Of a stretch of DNA of 64,000 nucleotides, positions 28,545-39,339 are shown piece by piece. The stretch comes from Anolis carolinensis (lineage: Eukaryota): assembly GCF_035594765.1 (NCBI RefSeq), contig NC_085846.1, positions 99,993,190 to 100,057,189 on the forward strand. The letters are read 5' to 3'. Both the position numbers and the translations under genes were made by a program. The notes under the pieces were generated by a model, which worked only from the letters and a program-made list of their open reading frames with translations, had not been told where the DNA came from and did no database searches. Every line of letters begins with the position of its first letter. The first letter of the stretch is position 1.

Positions 28545-28770
28545 AGTAGTTTAGTTTTATTTCATATCAAAAACATTACATAAATTAGTATAAAACTGAT
28601 AAATAGAAGGAGCACAAGCGGCTAAATATCTTTTGACCAAAAACAGGCAACAACGAATGCATTGTCTGTGGCCTCAAATAATTCTTCCTCTGTACATAGG
28701 GCAGGACATTGCGGACAAGCATATTGATGCGGAGTTGTCTGTTCTGCTCCACAGTCGCACAAGGTGGAGG
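28545..28770 (-). mobile_element. Vingi-like LINE 3' fragment
   Basis: Minus strand encodes LCDCGAEQTTPHQYACPQCP, a CCHC-type C-terminal motif, followed by a short tail. Confidence 0.55.
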
Positions 28771-29279
28771 ATTGTTTTAGGTAGTACCATGTTGCCAAGT
28801 TGTCTTTTGATCAGCCCACTCCACTTCTGAGTCTATTCAGGGGCTTCCAAGTTTCCCATCCTTGGTTTGACCCTGGAGGAAGACCCTTATGGGGGGCCAT
28901 CCAATTGGGATTTCCTGGTATAGCTGCCCATACTCTTGCTGTTGCTGGGGGAACATTAAGAGGAGTGGTGGTTCTCATGAAGCTTTTCCTTTATTTGAGT
29001 CTACTGGGAGGAGGCTAGCAGCCATGTAGTGGATGGCTTTCACAGTATTTGCAGATTCATGGCTCCATACAAAGTCCAAGAATATATTCCCTATATGGAG
29101 TCTACTTCCATTTTAATCAACCATATAATACTCTTCTTGTTGTGCCTTCTCTATTCTCTCCCATCCAAATATAGCTGGAGAAAAGAAAACGACCAACACA
29201 GTCTTACTGGATGTTCCTCCTCATAGTTCCATAATCCTAACATTCATCTGGTTACATTTTAGTTTCATCCTGGGATTTG

Positions 29280-30799
29280 CTAGGATGAAATCCATAAGAC
29301 AGATAGGCTGGTTCCAGGTCCATGAGCAATATGGTTGATTCTTCCACGCACACAATCAAGAGAAATAGATATCATTGTACCATTGTGAACTTCAAAAGAA
29401 AAGTGAAAGCTAACACTGGTCCAGATGCTTCCTTCTGGCATTTGACCTCCAACTTGCTGGGCAATTGCATGAGGTTGCACATGATCACCAGTGAACTGGT
29501 TTAGAGTTACTTGGAGCATGTTACAGGAGTGGATCAGCTTTAAAGTCAATGCAACACTGGCTACTCCACTTTCAGTGAACAAAACATATTTCTGAGCATG
29601 CTGTCCAGTAGATATCAGATAGACCTGCTTCTCAATGGGTGAGACCTGCATAAAATCCAGTAACTTGTTCCTGACAGCTCCTGTGGGCAGCCCCTTAATG
29701 GAAACTGAGGCTGAAAGAGCAGCAGACACCGCAGATGGGATCCAGATGAGGCTAAGCATGCTAATTCCAGAACCATCTCCAAAATAACGAACATTGCATT
29801 GTGCTGGTGAAAGGATCTCAAAACTAATAAGATCCCCAGCTCCAACTCTGGTGGCCCCGGAGGCAGATATTGATGTGTCTCTGTAATTGACACCAGACTT
29901 ATAAACGGTCATCAATTCTGAATTGGTGCCATTTCTGTTGAGATAAGAAACCAGTGAAAAACCTTCACGGACACAGGTCTGACCCATGGAGTATAAGGCT
30001 TGGTGAAACACAAACTTTACAACACCAGTTTCAGTAAACTTGATGGCTTTCCCATCATGGGACAACGTTAGCATGTAAGGATCAGAAACAGAACCTAATT
30101 TAAAGGTGGGTCGATAGCTGTTTTGGTAATGCATCGCCGTAGTAGTCTGTGCAGTCATGGCCACGGCTCCTGTATCATGTGATAACCAAAACAAACTGAA
30201 GGGTGTGTTGAGGTCATAAATGTTTAAATCTTTGCTTTGGTTGCAGAATTGATTAGGGCTCTTCAAAAACACTGAGAGAGTTTGGCTCGGCTCTACCTCT
30301 GCAGCACCACTCAAGCTGACGCCCTGGAAAATTTTACCTTCTGGCTGTTCGATACGAACCCCACTCAGCTCATAGCCTTCCTCACTGTTGTTGACTTTGA
30401 GAGAAAGTTGGAGGAAATTCCTGCAGCTGTGTTTCACAGCAAAATTGAAGTCAGCCCACATTAAGCCATGTTGCTTGAATATTAAGCTGTTGCTTGCCAC
30501 TGTTCCAATGTTGCATTCCTGTTTTGCCTTGATGGGCAAATTGAAACCGGGATAGACTTGAGATGTGCCAAATTTTGTCAAGGGGAAAACAAGGTTTGCA
30601 GCCCATGACTCAGACAACTTGCTTTCACTGGCTGTTGAACAAACGGTATCACTTACAGTGGAGCAAGGGAAAGCGACCACCCCAGTATCACATATAAGAC
30701 ATGCTTGACACTCCTGTAGCTCTTTGTTAAAGAAGTACTCCTCACCACACAGTCCCAAAGCAGCTTCTTTTTCTGCAATCCCAAGACACCGGAATCCTC
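29280..30799 (-). CDS. Uncharacterised secreted protein, last coding exon (1520 nt): end of cbEGF, TNFR Cys-rich repeat 2, three tandem C1q/TNF-like domains, stop
   Basis: tctttccttcctgtcaacag| acceptor, phase 1, continuing in frame into the 492-aa ORF; TAG at 29282-29280. Confidence 0.93.
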
Positions 30800-31760
30800 C
30801 TGTTGACAGGAAGGAAAGACAATGTCAGCCACAACCCTGTGTTTAATTATTTCACGAGAATCATGATATTCTGTATTTCTACAGGTCTGTTGGGTAGGCC
30901 ATCCCATTGGGCACAGTTAAGCATATTTCTTATTTATAATTCCTGAATAGGCTCATCTGCAAAGGAGTATTTTACTAGATCATGGTGGGGAAGAGGCTCA
31001 GACCTCCTCTACTCATAGTCAAGGGATGGCTCAAGGCCCCTACTTATGGTGTCTCCAATTGTTTGGGTTTTCATTGATCAATTCATTCCACATCTCTGTG
31101 TGAGTACAAACAATACGTTGGAAGCAAAACCAGCCTATTGTCTTTGTTCTTGGGATGACTCATGCATGTGTCAAAAAGATACATTTTTTCCTTTCTATCA
31201 CATAGACAGAACACCTCTCCTGATGGTACCTTTCATCTACAGTTTTTATAAGCACTTGTATTAAAAATAACACTAAGAACCATTTCAACATTTTTCATTC
31301 AGACTAACCAAAAACACATTGTCTATAGTGCCCTTCGGATATGTGCAGCCTAAATCTTGATGTTAAAGGAGACCCACTAAAACAGTGGGATATGCCTAAA
31401 AGTATTGACTCACCACTCAGCAGCTGACAGAATGTGTCTAGTCCAGTTGAGCATAACCAACAGAATGCCAGCTTACATCTACAGCTCCAATCATCCCCAG
31501 TATTTAGGGGATGATTTTAATTATAGAATAACTTATCTAGAGGGCACAGCATTGGAGAAGGCCAATCTATGTGTTTTTAATAGTAAACTATATTGGCTCC
31601 AATTGAGGCATCTTGACAAATTAATAATGACTAATATAAAGACACATCTATATAATATAACCAAGGTATAACCACATCTCTCTGTATGCCACCATGCTTT
31701 AAAATGCATAATGCGTAAACCTGCCCATTTTCATTAATTCTTAGCAAAATAGCAATTTAC

Positions 31761-31827
31761 CTGGAGTGTTCAGGCATTTTATCTTTTCCCCACAGATGCT
31801 TGGTGATTCAACGCACTCATCTCTGTC
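31761..31827 (-). CDS. Same gene, 67-nt coding exon: calcium-binding EGF-like DRDECVESPSICGEKIKCLNTP(G)
   Basis: ctatttttag| acceptor and CAG|gtaaat donor; phases 0/1 bridge the flanking exons exactly; D-x-D-E-C and C-x-N-x4-F-x-C motifs; too short for the ORF track. Confidence 0.92.
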
Positions 31828-32714
31828 CTAAAAATAGTAAGAGTCAAGTTCAAACCCAAATCACTCGTTTCTGGGAACATTCTTATCTCCACAATCAGAA
31901 AAGGTGGACACCAATTATACACACTTCAAAACCAGAGGTTACAGCACAGCTTGGAAGAGTTACTTTTTTGACTACAGCCATAAACACTGAACTTGTTTGT
32001 TGAAGGATATTTCTGAGATCCAAACTATAATTATAAACATGTAATTGCTAACTCTTACATTTGTATCAGATATAAATTAAATCACTGTTGTCATGTGCTA
32101 ATCTCTTGCGTTTAACAAAGTTCAAATGAATTAATGTCTTTTCCAATTTATTACTGTGATCACAACTTTCCCTTCAGAGATCAAGTTCTGTATACTCTGA
32201 ACTTCCAAATCATGTAATAGATTTTTTGTCCCCTTCAGGTTTTCTCCTTACTATATTTCCTGTTCTACATAACAAAATTGTCAATTTATTCTATTTCATC
32301 TCTTTTCAGCAAACAACAGTCAGCCCTCAATATTTATGAGTTTTACTTTTGCAGATTTGATTATTCATGAATGTAATTACATTGTTCTCCCTGGGAATCT
32401 CTAGGTACTCCAGTGTGACTCTATGGTTAACCTTCATTGGAAGTTCACCATACAGTCATGTTGGAGAATTAGAGATGCCGAAAGAGAATACCTCTGTAGG
32501 AATTTCTCAGTTCTCCACAGCAATTCTATGGTCAAATTTGAACAGAAGTTAACTACACAGTTATGTGGGAGGACTTAAAATAACAATTCCACCTGTTCAC
32601 TTTCAAGGAGGTTCTATGTCTCTAACCTCGGTGAATGTGAAGGGCTGACTGCAGTGGTAAATCCTCAAAAGCGTTAACCATAAAAAAAAAAATCCGGGAG
32701 GGCCATAGTTGAAC

Positions 32715-33046
32715 AGAACCCCCGATGGCGCAATAGATTAAACTGCTGAGCTGCTGAACTTGCTGACCAAAAGGTTGGCAGTTCGAATCCAGGAAGCAGG
32801 GTGAGATCCCGTTGTTAGCCCCAGCTTCTGCCAACCTAGCAGTTCAAAAACATGCAAATGTGAGTAGATCAATAGGTACTGCTCCAGCGGGAAGGTAATG
32901 GCGCTCCATGAAGTCATGGCAGCCACATGACCTTGGAGGTGTCTATGGACAATGCCAGCTCTTCAGTTTAGAAATGGAGATGAGCACCAACCCCCAGAGT
33001 TGGACACGACTAAACATAATGTCAGGGAAAAACCTTTACCTTTTAC
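32715..33046 (+). mobile_element. Sauria SINE
   Basis: Family sequence with acctttacctttt tail. Confidence 0.9.
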
Positions 33047-33110
33047 TATCACAGTTGACCTCTTCTGTTTTAAAAGATTCACACTCTTTCTGCCATAAAA
33101 GGCTTAAAAG

Positions 33111-33189
33111 TTTAATATAAAGAGCATTACGTTACAAAAAGGATGATCTCTGCCCATCCTTTTTGTAACGTAATGCTCTTTATATTAAA
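33111..33189. repeat. Perfect 35-bp inverted repeat with 9-nt loop
   Basis: tttaatataaagagcattacgttacaaaaaggatg (33111-33145) is the exact reverse complement of 33155-33189. Confidence 0.95.
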
Positions 33190-33427
33190 TTTATATTATA
33201 TTTTCAGGGATCTCCTTTCTTCGCAAACAAAATTCAGTAGTGGAGAGGATGAGAGGGAAAAGCATCTAGATCTAGGTCTCAATCATAATAAGCACAAATT
33301 GAATAAATAATAACATAACTAAACCCATTATGACACATTACTTAAAGACAGATACAGTCTTGATCTTCAACTACTGTGATGGTGACTCTGTTTACTGTTG
33401 AAGTTTAAAGAATTGACAATACTTTAC

Positions 33428-33966
33428 CTGACATATCCGATCAGCATTTGAAGAACACTCAGACAGCTGGAAAAAACCAGCAGGACATAAGGTGCATTTT
33501 TCACATTGCGAGGGTGTATTTTGGAAATTGCAAAATTCATCACTTTCACAAAGGCCACAGTCCATTAAAGGTTCTCCAATATCAATCACTTTTGCATCAA
33601 CTTCTATTTTATGCACAGAGTAGGATTTCTGGAGATGATTCCTGGCTTGGTTCTGGAGGCCTTGGAGATTGGCTTCAAAATAATGCTGAATATCCTCTTG
33701 CAGACCCTGAAATGACATTTGTTTCACTGTGTCAAAAAGCATGCCATACTGGACCTTGATCAGGTCCATTTGCTCATACATTTTCCTTTGTTGTTCAATA
33801 ATTTCCAGCTGCTGAGTGGCCAATACATTCTGTTGCTCCATTAGTTTTTGCTGTAAATCCATCATTAACGTCTGCTGGCTCTTCAAAGCTTCAACAAATT
33901 TCTCTTGCCCTTTGGTAAGCTGGAGCTGAAGCACAAGTGCATCTTCTGATGGGACTTCGTTTTCTC
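33428..33966 (-). CDS. Same gene, 539-nt coding exon: Gln-rich coiled coil and TNFR Cys-rich repeat 1
   Basis: tttgtattttag| acceptor (phase 1), CAG|gtaaag donor (phase 0); ends CEKCTLCPAGFFQLSECSSNADRICQ. Confidence 0.93.
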
Positions 33967-35613
33967 CTAAAATACAAACAACAACTAGGCATTTAATTTC
34001 TTTTCTTACAACTGCCACCATTCTTCTTTAGAAACTATGAATCTGTGTCTCTCCCATCTGTGTGCCATCCTGATGTGTCGTACTATACATCTGATAGCCC
34101 CTACATCAGCTGAGAAATGATGGGCATGGTAGTTGGTACATTTGGGTGGTACCATGTTGGGAAAGGCCGTTTTAGATAACCACTATGTGATCATTCAGCT
34201 CTGTACAGCCAAAGGGCAGAAATGAATGAAGTCAGATACCCGTCAGGAAAAAGGCATTCAACTTCCATGAAGCTAGGCAAACAAACAATATTCTTGCACA
34301 GATTGATAACACTAAAGTCTTCATCTGGCACACTTTGCCTAATGAAGGTGATTAGCATAATCCAGAGCTTGCAAACGCTCATCACTGAGAGTATTTCTGG
34401 GTGGTTAGTAAGATACATGCCTGTTGCTATCAACTGCCAGCCCCTATATTGGGCTTCGCTCATTGGCACTCCAATCTGACAGCCAGATCAGCAAAACATT
34501 CCTGTCAAATGTCCATCAAATGTCCAAAGTAGCATCATTCAGGTTGGGCTAGACTAGGGGTCCTCAAACTAAGGCCTGCGGACTAGATGCAGCCCTTCAA
34601 AGTAATTTACCTATCCCCTGCCATAAACCTAAGACTTAGGGTCACGCAAAGTCTGAAACTACTTGAAAGCAAGCAACAACAATTTTAATTAAATTGACTA
34701 TCTCATCAGCCAAAAGCAGGCTTAAACTTTCCATTGAAATATTAATGTTTATATTAGTTAAAATTGTTCTTCATTTTAAATATTTTATTGTTCTTTCATG
34801 TTTTTGCACTACAAATAGATATGTGAAGCATCCATGATCAATTATTATGAAGAGTCCCTTTCCAGCAATTAGCATAGCTAGAACTTTGAGGAACTTGGTC
34901 CCAGGAGTGAAATCAGACAGTGTTTGCAGGAACCACCCAAAAGTGTTTCACTCCTCTTCCCTGTTTGTCAAACAAAGGGCAAAGTTGGGTTCCTTGCCAA
35001 AAAGTCATCCAGACTCATCAGTTGGGAACCCATTATAGATTTGCCAGGGTGATAACAGGAGAGGGAATTTCAGATTTTGCTTGTTACCTGGTTTGTAACA
35101 ATCAATGTTGCTGACATTCCCTCTCTGTATAACCATTAAAAGTCCAGAATCCATCTATGGATTTGAATCCATCCAGCCTTGAAGCTAATCATGTAAGTGG
35201 GCATAACTTGCTCTTCCAGAGCATCTCCCTATCCTGAAATAATACATCAATCAAACTCAATGAAACTTTATATCCTCCCCCATCTCCCCATGAGGACTAA
35301 GGGCAACTAATTCCTACCTATAGCTTGTATCTTATTTTTTAAGAATTTGAATACCACAAGCCTGTCTCAAGGACTTATTGCTTCTGTATGTGAATATGTT
35401 CTAATGTACTTTCTTGTTATAAAGCTAGCATTACATCTACCTATTCTACAACCACTGGAAGAACCAGAGCAAATGACTTGACCACAGATAGTTACTTGAC
35501 AACAGTTTTCAGCAATCCCCAGCCAGCATTGTGACATAATCCAAAAATAATCACTTCTCCAAGTTGTGAAGAACATAGAATGCTTCTATAATCTTTCAGA
35601 GACTGCCACCTAC

Positions 35614-36238
35614 CTGGTTTAACATCACACGTAAGCTGAACGCCTAGAGCGCCACCTCCTAAATCCGACGCTGTGTAAGCAAGGTCTTCCCCAATGAACT
35701 GGGCAGCTATCTCAGCTGCTCTGACCAGTGTGGGTTCAGGACATCCTTCTCCCTGGTTCGGTGAGCATGGCATAGCCTGACCAGCTAGTCTGGGCTTCTG
35801 GCGAATGCGCAGGGCCAGCCTACACTCAAAGCCTTTGCAATTCTGGGCAGTGCCATTCGGAGCCCTTGGGGTGCAGTCTCCTCCTCCTGGGCAATTCTCC
35901 CTTGTGTTCTTCATGGCCAGAGATGCATGTTCAACACCTCTCCCCACAAGAGGATATTGCTCCTGCTGTTGTTGGACAGATAGGTATAGCTTGCTGTGGG
36001 GTTGTCCTCGCACAAAGGTGCCCATGTGGGCAAAAGTACGGGAGGAGCGATTTGCCCTGCCTGAGCAATGGGATCCTTGGCACAGCTGTCTGCCAGGTGG
36101 TTGCTCATCCTGGCTGCTCCTGCTACATGGGGGGCTTCTACAGAGTTCGGTGCTAACGTCTCTTCCCTCTCCAGTCAGAAACCAAAAGCACACAACAAGC
36201 CAGCAACAGCAAGTCCAGCTGGGCTGTCCCAACAGCAT
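35614..36238 (-). CDS. Same gene, first coding exon: signal peptide MLLGQPSWTCCCWLVVCFWFLTGEG and Cys-pair repeats
   Basis: tctcttacag| acceptor 12 nt upstream of the ATG; CAG|gtaggt donor phase 1; exons 625+539+67+1520 = 2751 nt = 916 aa plus stop. Confidence 0.88.
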
Positions 36239-36312
36239 CTCTGGTCACATCTGTAAGAGATTTATTTAGAATTTATTTACTTACATGTGTAGATACCACC
36301 CAGTCAAATGTT

Positions 36313-36637
36313 TAAAAGGTAAAGGTAAAGATTTTCCCCTGATATTAAGTCTAGTTGTGTCCGATTCTAGGGGTTGGTGCTCATCTCCATTTCTAAGCCG
36401 AAGAGTTGGCGTTGTCTGTAGACACCTCCAAGGCCATGTGGCCGGCATGACAGCATGGAGCACCATTACCTTCCCAGTAGAACAGTACCTATTGATCTAC
36501 TCACATTTGCAGGTTTTCAAACTGATAGGTTGGCAGAAGCTGGGAGCTCACCCTGCTCCCCAGATTTGAACTGCCGACCTTTTGGTCAGCAAATTCAGCA
36601 ACTCAGCGGTTTAACCCGCTGTGCCACCAGGGACTTC
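36313..36637 (-). mobile_element. Sauria SINE
   Basis: Family sequence; TSD agtcaaatgttta. Confidence 0.9.
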
Positions 36638-36699
36638 ATAGTCAAATGTTTACTTACGGAAATTTTATAAATTTTATAGAGTTTTCTAAGGCACTTTTT

Positions 36700-36838
36700 C
36701 TAAGGTGGTTTTTCCAGACCTTTTGTCTGAAAACAAACACACAGCACCTGCTATTTGTTGATAGTCTCCCATATAAATACTATCCTGGGCTAACCTGCTT
36801 AGTTTCCAAGATCAAACAGGATCTGGTGCCTTCAGGGG
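36700..36838 (-). mobile_element. 5S rRNA-derived SINE fragment (5S-Sauria-like); a fuller copy at ~42865-43085
   Basis: acagcacctg...gtctccca...tacta...cctgcttagtttccaagatca resembles the reverse complement of 5S rRNA but is degenerate. Confidence 0.6.
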
Positions 36839-38255
36839 TAGAGTATACATTTCACAAATGAAAACTTTGACACGTATGACAAAGCAATATGAGAATATGG
36901 TCAAGACAGAAGAAGTGATTAACAAGGAAGAACGCCCAATCGAAGAGAGACTGCTGCACTTTGCTTTTGTCTGAGTCTACAGGGATGGACAAGCTTGTGC
37001 CCCTTCCTTACTCTTCCTACTTCAGAATTTTGAGTTCAGTTTGTAGCAACTGAAGAAGTTGAAGACAAAAATGGAAATAGAAGGAGGAAAGAGAAAATGG
37101 GAACATTTAAAAGCAGCTGAAAAAGTGGGATGGCAGGGGATTAATCAGGACAATTGAAGGGAGTGCATTTATACTCCAATCTACAACTGGAAAGGCCCTT
37201 GGGGTGATGATGTTTATACAGTGAGACATCCACATTTGCTGGTGTTAAGGCACAGGTCATCCTTAAAAATGAAGACTATAAATAATAAAATTGTATTGTT
37301 TTAAATCTGAAAGACCTCTATAGAAATATCTAGGTTCTCTGAAATGATTCATGCCAGAAACTGACCATAGAACTGTATTGGAGGAACTAGAGATTCTCAG
37401 CGAGGTGTTCTCTCTGTGAATCTTGAGGTCCAACAACATAACCATATAATCAATTTCTAGAAAAAGTTGCCCATAGAGTAGCACTGGGAAAGCTAGATAT
37501 TCCTAAAGAGAACATTTTAATCAAAATAGTAATCCAATCCACAAAAGTCAAATCTTTAAATATGGAGTGCTGACTCTTATCAGTAAAAAAAAACAACAAC
37601 ATATGGACAACTATGACAGGGCTCATTTTCTGTCCCAACAGCCTTATAGAAGCAGTCCTCGTCATCACATTTCCAGAGGAGCGTATGACCTGGAAGTGAC
37701 TGGAAACATACCGATAATTCCCTTGTATACTTCCTAGAATTTTGAGGCATTTTGGTCTACTTAAGAGGTTTTTTTTTTTGGTTTTTTTTTTAGTGATGGG
37801 GAGGTGTCCTCCCAAAACACCACATTTTCAGCTGACTGGAAATCTAATTCATGTTTATATTTCCTAGAGCCTGAACTCATTTTCAACCTGTTTGGGATGT
37901 TTTTGGGAACTGGAATTTTTAAAGGTGTCAGAAGTGGTGATTAGCTCTTTGGGGACAGTTTTCTGCTCTGATTTTTTGTGTAATAGGGGGTTGAAGGTGC
38001 CTTGAGTGTTGGGGAAGGCTTAAGCAGGGTCACATAAAAGGTTAGGGACCATATGCAGTCCACGGGCCATAGTTCTCTCACAGCTGAAATAAAAACAAGG
38101 CAAGATCATATCCACCATCAGGCATGACATTAAAAAAACACAGAGAAGAAGGAGATTGGGAAAGGAAAAAGAGAGAGAGATTGTATCTCAGCAGAACAGA
38201 AACAGACAGCCCAGAAAACTCACAGCAACCCAGACAGATTATTTTCCACTCTTAC

Positions 38256-38296
38256 TTATATGTGTCCTTGGAACTCTGTGAATCCAGCCTCTGGGT
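38256..38296 (-). other. Candidate 41-nt 5'UTR micro-exon of the uncharacterised gene
   Basis: Strong tract cttgtttgtctttttctttttctgaaatag| and TAA|gtaaga donor on the minus strand. Confidence 0.45.
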
Positions 38297-38629
38297 CTAT
38301 TTCAGAAAAAGAAAAAGACAAACAAGTGGGCCAAACATTTTGCAACATGTTGAGTATCCCTTATCTCAGTGGTTCTCAACCTGTGGGTCCCCAGATGTTT
38401 TGGCCTCCAATTCCCAGAAATCCTAACAGCTGGTAAATTGGCTGAGATTTCTGGGAGTTGTGGGACAAAACACCTAGGGGCCCATAGGTTAAGAACCACT
38501 TCCTTATCTGAAATGCTTGGAACCAGAAAGTTTTAAATTTTGGATTTTTTCAGTTTATGGAATACCTGCCTTTGCATATATTTATGTAATGAGATATCTT
38601 CGAGATGGGTCCAAAGTCTAAACATTAAA

Positions 38630-39172
38630 TCTCTCCTGACGTTTTTCCCACATCTATGGCAGGCATCCTCAGAAGTTGTGAGGTTTTTGGAAATTAGGCA
38701 AGTGAGGTTTATATCTGTGGAATGTTCTGCCTGAGAGTGTGAATGTTGCAATTGGCCAGCCTGAATAGTATTGAATAGCCTTGCAGCTTCAAAGCCTGGC
38801 TGCTAAAGAACAACACTCAGAAGACAGGGGAATTCCAGACAAGAAACAATCAGGGCCAGCTAATCACCTCCCAACAAAGGATTCCCCCAGACAGGAAGCA
38901 ATCAGGCTTTGAAGCTGAAAGGCCATTCAATGCTAATTAAGGTGGCCAATTGCAACATTCACACTTGCCTCAAGCAGACAAGAGCTCTTTCTCCCACCCT
39001 GGACTGTCCACAGATATATAAACCCCACTTGCCTAGTTTCCAACAGACCTCTGAGGATGCCTGCCATAGACATGGGTGAAACATCAGGAGAGAATGCTTC
39101 TGGAGTATGGCCATGCAGCCCGGAAAACTCACAGCAACCCAGTGATTCCGGCCATGAAAGCCTTTGACAACA
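38630..39172. mobile_element. Penelope-like element fragments in inverted arrangement
   Basis: Same sequence as 43112-43400, present in both orientations. Confidence 0.75.
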
Positions 39173-39339
39173 CAGTATACATTGCTGTACATTTATTTCT
39201 CTGGTTCCCGCAATCAATTCTAGGCAGACTAGGAACCGCAGATGAATAAATCAATGGTAGAGAATTAGAAGGATTAATATTTGTCTGAAAAGTGCCTAAC
39301 TTGATAAACCTATTTCTATTTGAAGAGTCCAAAGTTTTG

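Noticed and set aside
33392-34021. 209-aa, 248-aa and 492-aa ORFs as three separate genes
   Set aside because: Their ends run into introns; splice sites and phases join them into one CDS.
35805-36269. 154-aa plus-strand ORF
   Set aside because: It is the antisense shadow of a GC-rich coding exon and has no recognisable motif.
36700-36838. 5S rRNA gene
   Set aside because: It is too degenerate and attached to SINE body sequence.
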